Shown piece after piece: positions 19,401 through 26,293 of a stretch of DNA of 64,000 nucleotides (position 1 is its first letter; every line of letters starts with the position of its first letter). The notes below the pieces were generated by a model. That model had not been told where the DNA came from and searched no databases. It saw only the letters and a list, made by a program, of their open reading frames with translations. The position numbers and the translations under genes were made by a program. Source of the stretch: an uncultured Candidatus Peribacteria bacterium (GTDB lineage Bacteria > Patescibacteriota > Gracilibacteria > UBA1369 > UM-FILTER-53-11); NCBI GenBank assembly GCA_964358095.1, contig CAYHNW010000001.1, forward strand, positions 71,108-135,107. The letters are read 5' to 3'.

Positions 19401-21395
19401 AAAAGTGACAACGCCAGCTGTTGTAATGGCTCCGGCATCTAGATCTATAGTAGCACCGTCCGTACCCGCGCCCGTACCAGCCTGGAAAGAACCGGTTTTG
19501 TTATCAAATGCAGTCTGTTCAAGCCATACATAATAATCTTTGATTGTGACATTTCTATCTGAAGTCAAAGAGAAGTCGAACAGGTGAACATTAGTCGTAT
19601 TGATAGCGACGTTTTGAGCAACAGGACCATTATCGGCCAATGTGATCTTGCCACCTTGGAAGGTGGTGTCGGTCACGAGAACCTTGGTCATAGTATTCGT
19701 TACGCGTGCGCCATAACCAACTGTTGAATCAACAGCAACCAAGTCGGTTGATTCATCGAGATAGAAGTCTAGAGTGTCCGTTGTCTTGCCACCCAAAATA
19801 TCGCCCCATATGCGGAAGCTGCGATTGTTGTTTTTTGGAATCTTATATGGGGTAGCGAGAGTTAAGACCAAAAGATCAGAATCCATAGTAGCAACAGTAG
19901 CGAGAGCAACTGTCGTATCGGCGGAATCTGTCAATTTGAGGTTACTTAAAAAGCTCCTCGTAATTGTGCCACCATGAGTCAATGTGATTGACGAAAAGTT
20001 TATATCATTTGTACCAGCCGTAAGTTTGAAGTTAGAGACCTCAACTTGCTTTTGACCAAGTGTCGGCTTTGAAAGGACATTAGCTGGAGCAATAGTTATA
20101 GTTTGTACTACAGCGCCACCAACTGTCATCAAATTTGATGTAACCGGAACACCAGTAACACCGGTTGCGTTGCTCTTAACGGCGGCCGCATTTTCAATCG
20201 TGAATTGATGCGTGCTTGCTGCAGCTGCAGCAATAGTAAGGTCGCCCTTTAGAGTCAACGTGACAGGAGCACCGTCCGCCACGACAAGATTCAAACCGGC
20301 AAAGTCAACAGTGTTCGTATCTGCAGAAATCGTCTTGCCTGCCTTTAAGCGCGTCGCGCCTTTGTAAAGACTGACAGCCGAGAAATCTGTAGAAGCACCA
20401 CCTCCAGTTCTTTTGAAAGTGATTGTATCAATAGTTCCAGCGCCGCTAAAAGTGAACATGGCTATAGGAACGCCGTTTGCACCCGGGTTAATTGTCTTTG
20501 AAGCTGGAGAATCAGGAGCGAGAGATACAGCAATCGCACCAGCTACTGGGACAGTGTCCACAGGAATATCGTCCACAGGGACATCATCCACAGGGACATC
20601 GTCCACAGGAACATCATCCACAGGGATTACCTCAACCGCAACCAGTACGCCATCAACGACGTTCATACCCGTATCGAGAGCTTCTTGCATAACATCTAGC
20701 TCAACATCCGCCCTTTCTGCAGCAATAAGTATGACATCGAGCTCTTCTGTATCAGCGTAATCAACCTGAGCGTTCAATATTACAATAACCTCAGCTTTGA
20801 TTGCACCTTTTAATGGGTTGAGTTGCGTTACGCCCTCACCCTGACCCATCAATTTGTTCTCAACCATACAAGCCATAGCGTCTTTTGCCCAAATATCAAT
20901 AGAAGCCTTGTCCGTATAAGCGTTGAGCACTGTAGCGTCGCAGCTCTCGAGACCAAGAACCTTAGCGGCGGCAACAGCCATCTGTTCACGAGTCATATCA
21001 CTTGAGCCTCCGAACTTGCCGGTGCTTACACCGGAAGTCCAGCCAAGTGTATATGCAGTATTTGCAGCAGCTTCCCACCATTTGCCGCCAACGTCTCCAA
21101 ATGGAGACATTGCGCTCTCGCTAATAACATCAAAACCAGCAGCGAGCATTTGGTAACCAACTGCTCTGTTTACAATCGTCTTGAGGCCCGCATCTGCAAG
21201 TTCGCAGTCTATAATACCCTTTTCACAGGCCGCATCAACGGCATCTTTGGCCCAAGATACGCCAGCTTTAACGGCATCAGCACCTGTATAGGAGGCGCTT
21301 GCTGCAGGAATTCCCACAACGAATGTGGAAAGAATTGAGAATAACGCGACGACTGAAAGCCATCTGCGGATTCTCGTAAGTGTTTTTGCATTCAT
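16446..21395 (-). CDS. giant S-layer-type surface protein (1649 aa) with N-terminal signal peptide and SLH-like domains
   Basis: Signal peptide ...VVGIPAASA. Two SLH-like units (FGDVGGKWWEAAANTAY..MTREQMAVAAAKVL; YTDKASIDIWAKDAMACMVENKLM). (VDDVP)n linker. A long Thr/Ala/Gly/Val-rich beta-type body. Confidence 0.85.
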   Translation of the reverse strand: MNAKTLTRIRRWLSVVALFSILSTFVVGIPAASASYTGADAVKAGVSWAKDAVDAACEKGIIDCELADAGLKTIVNRAVGYQMLAAGFDVISESAMSPFGDVGGKWWEAAANTAYTLGWTSGVSTGKFGGSSDMTREQMAVAAAKVLGLESCDATVLNAYTDKASIDIWAKDAMACMVENKLMGQGEGVTQLNPLKGAIKAEVIVILNAQVDYADTEELDVILIAAERADVELDVMQEALDTGMNVVDGVLVAVEVIPVDDVPVDDVPVDDVPVDDIPVDTVPVAGAIAVSLAPDSPASKTINPGANGVPIAMFTFSGAGTIDTITFKRTGGGASTDFSAVSLYKGATRLKAGKTISADTNTVDFAGLNLVVADGAPVTLTLKGDLTIAAAAASTHQFTIENAAAVKSNATGVTGVPVTSNLMTVGGAVVQTITIAPANVLSKPTLGQKQVEVSNFKLTAGTNDINFSSITLTHGGTITRSFLSNLKLTDSADTTVALATVATMDSDLLVLTLATPYKIPKNNNRSFRIWGDILGGKTTDTLDFYLDESTDLVAVDSTVGYGARVTNTMTKVLVTDTTFQGGKITLADNGPVAQNVAINTTNVHLFDFSLTSDRNVTIKDYYVWLEQTAFDNKTGSFQAGTGAGTDGATIDLDAGAITTAGVVTFQTDADDNALILNDVVKLTLTTVTAGTAGTYYAKVTTAAPADTSAADVTATLVYPTSVAVALAWADEAASNDYIEVFDHDLISKVKNVKLVDNGANGTLASVATSTYLNAFSDDFDLTSATAKSLSVLVDLDSSLVAGNTIKAGVDFAEASMIKDPDANEFIATSDVVGGNTFGKGMSIVAASLTVDRASTPVSETHVKGQKGVNALGLAVKAGDGVDVKITKVTLRLVADDDGTFDNSGYGDTAANTIIDTVSLYKVNADNSETRISGPVGMSLVGTIGAAAGYYKAEFNSLGYTLAKSISEKWLVKVDLKNTISATRYFGVDLILNGATANDIEAQDKDGNTVLAAQTSGASATGPNNLATGNPTVLKTVATGGTLVGVQEGSPDASVAVAGVTGVTVGKYKFTSATEASTITKLDVVGTTTNSTAFNGTPASFTAGNNVIRVGLSYPKKDGTTETMYANMASGKASFTNLNFYVAKDQSATITILADINTIDLGAVSGTSFRLGLNELATVDTNSFESIGEGSSEKKDATSVSTMGNSTGINPVVVRKTVPTVAKLASAATKLNSGQNDIAAITIAADAKEAVSLKRFAFEYNSTATITVNNFELYRKIGTGSETSVTSNVSIRNRRGINLKSGGTAMSANLVTTDTVYVTWDKTLTLGKATAEETVAKGATNTYLVRTNVAGAAANTSISTYLADDTTRLGSTANASNTAVGGIDELVSLTGATTASDANASVANTRVIWRWLFDGTSCPYAVATNGCAFIDVGGDGAFTQANDPILYLSIGATGAAGVTAYSSSAAFGAPFLVSGSIIPGTLRFENSVDLDSVLSAASVAGVYFDLPGGTAGTYTAGSDFGMPLSTTSVTGSTASLTTLNNAVVGNLLYYSAVAGSTGGTAGVYIDVLGDTGVGAFSATGDFTIVGSTTGGLGLVNAPTSAPANNTEMFTSSANFIWSDNSATSHATTTNDWTNGVDIPSLPTSTVSLSF
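20556..20628 (-). repeat. about 5 tandem copies of a 15-bp unit (gtccacaggRacatc) encoding (VDDVP)n
   Basis: Read directly. In-frame within the S-layer gene. Confidence 0.85.
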
Positions 21396-21695
21396 AGAGA
21401 ATGAAAAATTAAGTAATAAGTACGTTTTTGAGTGTAGTTTTCTCCGATTTGCGCCCCAGAGAAAGGCGGTTCCAACAGTAGAGGAACGTCTGAATCCTTC
21501 CCTTCTGACGTTAGCATCGACCTCAAGAACTTCAGAAGTTTAGGAAGATTTTCATAAAGGTAATAAAGGAAAGAAAGTCTAGTTTTTAATGAGCGGTAAC
21601 AACAGAAACACCTAGGGTTCCACGTGTGTCCCTAAGTGCGTAATACGTGATTTACATCAACAAATCCCGAACTCTCGCATAAATAATCGAAGGAA

Positions 21696-21724
21696 ATTCT
21701 ATAGGAATTAAAATTCGAAGTCAA
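21696..21724 (-). promoter_or_regulatory. strong sigma-70-type promoter of the S-layer gene, implying a leader of about 290 nt
   Basis: On the reverse strand: TTGACT (21724-21719), a 17-nt spacer, then TAGAAT (21701-21696). The start codon is at 21395. Confidence 0.45.
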
Positions 21725-21930
21725 ACTCATAATATGGTTAAAAGTTAGACAATAACTCACTAAAAATTCTAACGGACACGAAGACTTGGCGGGTAGTTTC
21801 ACTTGTATCTAACAGGTTAAATCCCCTCTTTGCATTCAATAACCCTACTGGCATTTGTAACGGAGAAACTTTGGGTTTATTTCTAAAATCCAAGTGACAG
21901 AATATAGTTTTGTGGTAACATTTGTAGCGG

Positions 21931-22038
21931 TGGTATCGCGTATGGGATTTGGTCACACGTCATTCCGCCTTAGCGGAATGCGCGCGACCCCGCCTCGGTA
22001 AGCCTTTTCTAAAGGCTTACCTCCGGCATTCAAACCCC
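21931..22038 (-). ncRNA. X-element copy B: structured element ending in a copy of the tRNA-Glu 3' end
   Basis: Reverse strand: GGGGTTTG AATGCCG GA GGTAAGCC-tttagaaa-GGCTTACC GAGGCGGGGTCGCGCGC ATTCCGC-TAAG-GCGGAAT GACGTGTGACC AAATCCCATACGCGATACCA. Homologous to 24173-24282 and 31785-31895. Confidence 0.6.
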
Positions 22039-22089
22039 AATACGGTTCTGTGGAGCCGCTTAGTGTTTACCGATTAAACGTATGTAAAT

Positions 22090-22166
22090 TGGTACCGCGT
22101 ATGGGATTTGAACCCATGATTTCCTCCGTGAGAGGGAGGCGTCCTAGGCCACTAGACGAACGCGGC
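22090..22166 (-). tRNA. tRNA-Glu (anticodon CUC), CCA encoded
   Basis: GCCGCGT TC GTCT AGTGGCCTA GGAC G CCTCC CTCTCAC GGAGG AAATC ATGGG TTCAAAT CCCAT ACGCGGT A CCA folds as a cloverleaf. Confidence 0.9.
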
Positions 22167-22187
22167 GCGTACTTGCGCACTATGGTA

Positions 22188-22193
22188 TATAAT
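22188..22193 (+). promoter_or_regulatory. TATAAT -10 box 10 nt upstream of the dnaJ ATG (leaderless-type)
   Basis: Read directly. There is no Shine-Dalgarno between the box and the ATG. Confidence 0.4.
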
Positions 22194-22203
22194 CTACCAC
22201 GCT

Positions 22204-23340
22204 ATGGCCAGAGATTTTTATGAAATTCTAGGAGTAAATCGCAACGCTACAGAGGATGAAATCAAGCGTGCGTACCGGAAACTCGCACAGAAACACCATC
22301 CCGACAGAACAAAGGGAGACAAGGAGTCTGAAACCAAGTTTAAGGAGATTAATGCGGCATATGAGGTTTTATCGGATAAGAAGAAAAGAGGCCAGTATGA
22401 CCAGTTCGGAGAAAGTGTATTTACGGGTGGGGGCGACGGACAAGGATTTCCGGGCGGATTCGACTTCAGTGGATTTTCAGGGTTTGGGGGTGGAGGATTT
22501 GCAGATATATTTGAGTCTTTTTTTGGAGGGGGATCTACTAAATCGAGAGCCGGTGGGCAGCCGCTAGCGGGTGAAGATCGCGAAGTGCACCTTACTATCA
22601 GTTTTGAAGAGGCAGCATTTGGGGTCGAAAGGGAGGCGAAAGTTAACCGCGTGGGGGAATGTGAAGTTTGTAAAGGCAAAGGTGCGGCTCTGGGATCAAA
22701 AATAGTGCTGTGCGAAACATGCCGAGGTGCCGGAGAGGTGAAAACCGTGAGAAATACCATACTTGGACAAGTGAGTACCCGCCGGGTATGCGATGCCTGC
22801 TCAGGGGTAGGCAAGAGGCCAGAAAAGCCTTGTACAAGCTGTCGCGGTGCTGGCAGAGTTCGGCTATCCGAAAAATTACGCATAAAAATTCCGGCGGGCA
22901 TTGATGATGGTTCGACTATACGACTAGTCGGCAATGGAGATAGCGGCATGAGGGGCGGAGAAAGCGGTGATTTGTACGTAAACGTCACGATCACTCCGCA
23001 TAAGACATTTACCCGCAGAGGAGCCGATGTATATTCGGAACAAGGAATTCGCTTAGTACAGGCCGTCTTGGGGGATGACCTAGAGATTGAAACTGTTTAT
23101 GGACCAGTAAAAATGCACATACCAGCTGGCATCCAAGCCGGAAAAGCTTTTTTCCTAAAAGGATATGGCGTTCCAAAAATTAAAGGCATCGGAAAAGGAG
23201 ATCACTTTGTGACGATAAGAATTAAAATTCCACAGAAATTAACAAAAAGAGAGCACGAGCTCTACCACGAGTTAGCAAACGAAGAAGGGCTTAAAATAAA
23301 GGAAGACAAGGGGTTCTTTAAAAGAATAATTGGAGAGTAA
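22204..23340 (+). CDS. dnaJ: molecular chaperone DnaJ
   Basis: J-domain with HPD (KHHPDR), a G/F-rich region, and four CxxCxGxG zinc-finger motifs. Confidence 0.95.
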   Translation: MARDFYEILGVNRNATEDEIKRAYRKLAQKHHPDRTKGDKESETKFKEINAAYEVLSDKKKRGQYDQFGESVFTGGGDGQGFPGGFDFSGFSGFGGGGFADIFESFFGGGSTKSRAGGQPLAGEDREVHLTISFEEAAFGVEREAKVNRVGECEVCKGKGAALGSKIVLCETCRGAGEVKTVRNTILGQVSTRRVCDACSGVGKRPEKPCTSCRGAGRVRLSEKLRIKIPAGIDDGSTIRLVGNGDSGMRGGESGDLYVNVTITPHKTFTRRGADVYSEQGIRLVQAVLGDDLEIETVYGPVKMHIPAGIQAGKAFFLKGYGVPKIKGIGKGDHFVTIRIKIPQKLTKREHELYHELANEEGLKIKEDKGFFKRIIGE

Positions 23341-23393
23341 TTCTAAATTGTCCTTTTATTTTCAACTGGTGTAAAATATTAAAAGATTTTCTT

Positions 23394-23966
23394 ATGCTAA
23401 AACTTTCCTGGGATCTTTTCGTGGTTGTAGTGTTCGCGGTAATCATCGCTTACAGCTTTATTATTGGCAAAGAAAATACCCTAAAGGTGATGATAGGCAC
23501 TTATATTGCCATTCTGGCCGCAGACGGACTTGGGAATTTATTTCAAACTTACATACTAAAATCGCCGGATGCCGTGATGTTTCTGCGATTTTTGGGGCTT
23601 GGCGGCGAAGATAGAACGATGATTTTGGTGAAAGTGTTGGTGTTTATACTCGCAATTCTCATCATAACGGTTAAGGGCAGTTTTGAAGTGAGCCACGGCG
23701 GACACCACGGCGTAATCGGATTGATTATGACCCTGATTTTTGGCTTTTTAAGTGGCGCCCTCGTGATTAGCACACTGTTGGTCTATGCGTCCGGCGCGTC
23801 ATTCGTGAGTGGCAATATTCAAATAGTTAATAATACGCTTGCAGCAGCTTATTCTGAGTCACAAATGGTGAAGCTGATGATTGATAATTATAATTTTTGG
23901 TTCGCGCTACCAGCAGTGGCGTTCTTGGTATCAAGCTTGTTTAGCAAAAAACAATCTGTTGCGTAA
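23394..23966 (+). CDS. hypothetical integral membrane protein (about 5 TM helices)
   Basis: Hydrophobicity pattern only. Confidence 0.55.
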   Translation: MLKLSWDLFVVVVFAVIIAYSFIIGKENTLKVMIGTYIAILAADGLGNLFQTYILKSPDAVMFLRFLGLGGEDRTMILVKVLVFILAILIITVKGSFEVSHGGHHGVIGLIMTLIFGFLSGALVISTLLVYASGASFVSGNIQIVNNTLAAAYSESQMVKLMIDNYNFWFALPAVAFLVSSLFSKKQSVA

Positions 23967-24032
23967 AACCCACTAATCTCAAATTTTGCTTTGAGTATTT
24001 TTGGATAATCTGATAATTTTTCACCGTCATTT

Positions 24033-24108
24033 GGGTCGGTAGCTCAGTTGGTAGAGCAACAGCCTTTTAAGCTGATGGTCGCGGGTTCGATTCCCGCCCG
24101 ACCCACCA
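24033..24108 (+). tRNA. tRNA-Lys (anticodon UUU), CCA encoded
   Basis: GGGTCGG TA GCTC AGTTGGTA GAGC A ACAGC CTTTTAA GCTGA TGGTC GCGGG TTCGATT CCCGC CCGACCC A CCA. Confidence 0.92.
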
Positions 24109-24172
24109 AGAAAAATCACAATAGACGTTTTTATAGCACGCTAAAAAATAGAAGCGTTATTTGTGAAAATCA

Positions 24173-24282
24173 GGGAATCGAATGCCGTAGGAAAGCCTTT
24201 AGAGAAGGCTTTCCGAGGCGGGGTCGCGCGCAATTTTGCTAAGGCAAAATTGACGCGTGACCGATTCCCGCCCGACCCACCA
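24173..24282 (+). ncRNA. X-element copy A: structured element ending in a 21-nt exact copy of the tRNA-Lys 3' end
   Basis: GGGAATCG AATGCCG TA GGAAAGCC-tttagagaa-GGCTTTCC GAGGCGGGGTCGCGCGC AATTTTGC-TAAG-GCAAAATT GACGCGTGAC CGATTCCCGCCCGACCCACCA. The last 21 nt are identical to 24088-24108. Confidence 0.65.
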
Positions 24283-24285
24283 AAT

Positions 24286-24431
24286 AAGTGCGAGTTTTGC
24301 GGTCCGAGTGCAATGAGGCCGAGCTTCGTCGAGGCCGAAATGGCACGAGGACGCCGAACTGTAAAAATGCGCTTTAATTTGTAAAAAATTAGAAAGCATT
24401 TTTACGAGAGAGGCGAGCAAAACCCTCTTGA
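24286..24431 (+). repeat. Y-element copy 1 (about 146-nt non-coding repeat, homologous to 989-1135 reverse strand)
   Basis: See copy 2. It starts 3 nt after X-element copy A. ORFs 24163-24384 and 24199-24534 cross it, but their frames are not conserved in the other copy. Confidence 0.6.
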
Positions 24432-24539
24432 ACACGCTTCCCTCCCCCACCCCAAACTCTGACCACATCCGCATAGTCACGCTAGAGCTTTCTTGCGTAG
24501 CCACTTGCGTATCCAAACGGTTTTGATTATTCATAGGGT

Positions 24540-24983
24540 ATGGAACTACTCACAATTAACGAAGCGGCATTATTCTCCGGTAAATCTATCCAGACTATCC
24601 GCCGCATGATCAAGCAAAAGAAAGTAACCGTAAAACGCCAAAAAACCCCTCAGGGATTCAATTATTTGGTTATTAAAGATTCATTATTGGAATCTATAAG
24701 TCGGGCTAGCCAGACACCTACTCAAGCTGAGCCGATTATTCAAGAGGATACCCGAGAACACCGCCCTATCACGGAGGCCACTTCTCCGGATCTTGAGCAG
24801 GTATTCAGACGTGAAATTGGACAGTTTAATACGACTATTCAAAAGCTTGTTGAGCAGAATCAAAAGGACAAAGAAGGATTTTTCCAATTGATAAAAACTT
24901 TTCAAGATCGCGTCGTGGTTTTAGAGGATCAAATAAAGCAATTGGGAGCTCCTCAAGCATCTTGGTGGCAATTCTGGAAATAA
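24540..24983 (+). CDS. helix-turn-helix (excisionase/MerR-superfamily HTH_17-like) DNA-binding protein with coiled-coil tail
   Basis: N-terminus LLTINEAALFSGKSIQTIRRMIKQKKV. Confidence 0.65.
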   Translation: MELLTINEAALFSGKSIQTIRRMIKQKKVTVKRQKTPQGFNYLVIKDSLLESISRASQTPTQAEPIIQEDTREHRPITEATSPDLEQVFRREIGQFNTTIQKLVEQNQKDKEGFFQLIKTFQDRVVVLEDQIKQLGAPQASWWQFWK

Positions 24984-25009
24984 TTATGAAAAAGGTGTAA
25001 GTTTCTGGC

Positions 25010-26284
25010 ATGAGCTTTTTTCAAAATACGTTAAACCTGATAGATAAGGCTGCGAAGCTGATGAAGCTTTCCGCAGACACAAAACAGCTTCTTAGTAATC
25101 CGGACAGGATTATTGAGGTTAGCCTTCCGGTAAGAATGGATAATGGGAAAATTAGGGTATTTCGCGGTTTTAGGGTACAGCACAACGACCTAGCTGGCCC
25201 TTACAAGGGCGGCATTCGCTATCATCCTCAAGTTGATATGGAAGAGGTGAAAGCTTTGGCTACGTTGATGACTTTTAAATGTTCTGTAGTGGGTATTCCC
25301 CTGGGCGGAAGCAAAGGTGGAATCATTATGGATCCAAGAACACTTTCAAAAGGGGAACTCGAACGCGTAACCAGAGCCTACGCTAGAGCTATCGCTAAAT
25401 TTATTGGTCCTACAGTTGATATACCGGCTCCGGACGTGAACACGGACGGACAAATCATGGCTTGGATAGCCGACGAGTATTCAAAGCTTATGGGGGAGAA
25501 TATGCTTGGGGTAGTCACTGGTAAGCCGCTTGAAGTAGGCGGATCTCTTGGACGTGATAAGGCGACTGCAAAGGGCGGTTTTTATGTACTTATGGAAATT
25601 GTAAAAGAAAAGAAAATGAATCCCGGAAAAACGACTGTCGTTATTCAAGGTTTTGGAAACGCCGGAGCAAATGCTGCCCGCATACTCGACGAGGCTGGTT
25701 TTAATGTTGTTGCGGTTTCCGATTCAAAAGGTGGAATTTATTGCAAAGATGGTATCCATGCAATTAAGGCAATAAAATGTAAAGAAGACTTGGGTTCGGT
25801 TCATGCATGCACGGTAAAAGGAAAAGTGGATTACCATGTGGCCAAAGGTTCTAAATGTGAAAAAGTCACTAATGGGGAATTACTGGAGCTACCTTGCGAC
25901 ATCTTAGTTCTCTCTGCGATGGAGAACCAAGTTAATGAAAAAAATGCCGGTAAAGTTAAAGCTAAAATGATTTTGGAATTGGCTAATGGCCCGGTTACTA
26001 CCGAAGCCGATGATATTTTAGAAAAAAGGGGTATACCTATCATTCCGGACATTTTGGCCAACGCCGGAGGCGTTACTGTGAGTTATTTTGAACTTGTCCA
26101 AAACCAAATGAATTATTATTGGACGAGTGAAGAGATTCAGGACAGACTAAAAATAATAATGGTGGATGCATGGAAAGGTGTCTCCGAAATTCAGGCCAAG
26201 TACAAGTGCACATATAGAATGGCTGCGTTTATTCGGACGCTTACTAGACTGGCACAGATGGCAAAGATAAGGGGGCGTGTGTAA
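25010..26284 (+). CDS. gdhA: Glu/Leu/Phe/Val-family glutamate dehydrogenase
   Basis: GPYKGGIRYHP, PLGGSKGG, the GFGNAG Rossmann motif, and ANAGGV. Confidence 0.92.
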   Translation: MSFFQNTLNLIDKAAKLMKLSADTKQLLSNPDRIIEVSLPVRMDNGKIRVFRGFRVQHNDLAGPYKGGIRYHPQVDMEEVKALATLMTFKCSVVGIPLGGSKGGIIMDPRTLSKGELERVTRAYARAIAKFIGPTVDIPAPDVNTDGQIMAWIADEYSKLMGENMLGVVTGKPLEVGGSLGRDKATAKGGFYVLMEIVKEKKMNPGKTTVVIQGFGNAGANAARILDEAGFNVVAVSDSKGGIYCKDGIHAIKAIKCKEDLGSVHACTVKGKVDYHVAKGSKCEKVTNGELLELPCDILVLSAMENQVNEKNAGKVKAKMILELANGPVTTEADDILEKRGIPIIPDILANAGGVTVSYFELVQNQMNYYWTSEEIQDRLKIIMVDAWKGVSEIQAKYKCTYRMAAFIRTLTRLAQMAKIRGRV

Positions 26285-26293
26285 TTGTTACGT

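Noticed and set aside
20556-20628. Possible CRISPR-like or minisatellite array
   Set aside because: The unit is only 15 bp with no spacers. It is in-frame within a CDS and encodes (VDDVP)n.
16552-21391. About 18 ORFs of 60-115 aa on both strands inside the S-layer gene
   Set aside because: All are nested in or antisense to a 1649-aa ORF with clear signal peptide and SLH features. Their low-complexity products are typical of shadow ORFs in biased sequence.
22218-22994. 258-aa ORF antisense to dnaJ
   Set aside because: It is a Pro/Ser-rich shadow ORF. dnaJ on the plus strand is unambiguous.
24163-24534. ORFs 24163-24384 (+) and 24199-24534 (-) downstream of tRNA-Lys
   Set aside because: They run through the X and Y non-coding elements. 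The homologous copies elsewhere contain stops in these frames, and conservation follows base-pairing rather than codons.
26285-26293. TTG start of ppdK given by the ORF track
   Set aside because: ATG lies 9 nt downstream in frame, and PPDK homology starts still further in. The true start remains uncertain (26294 or 26336).
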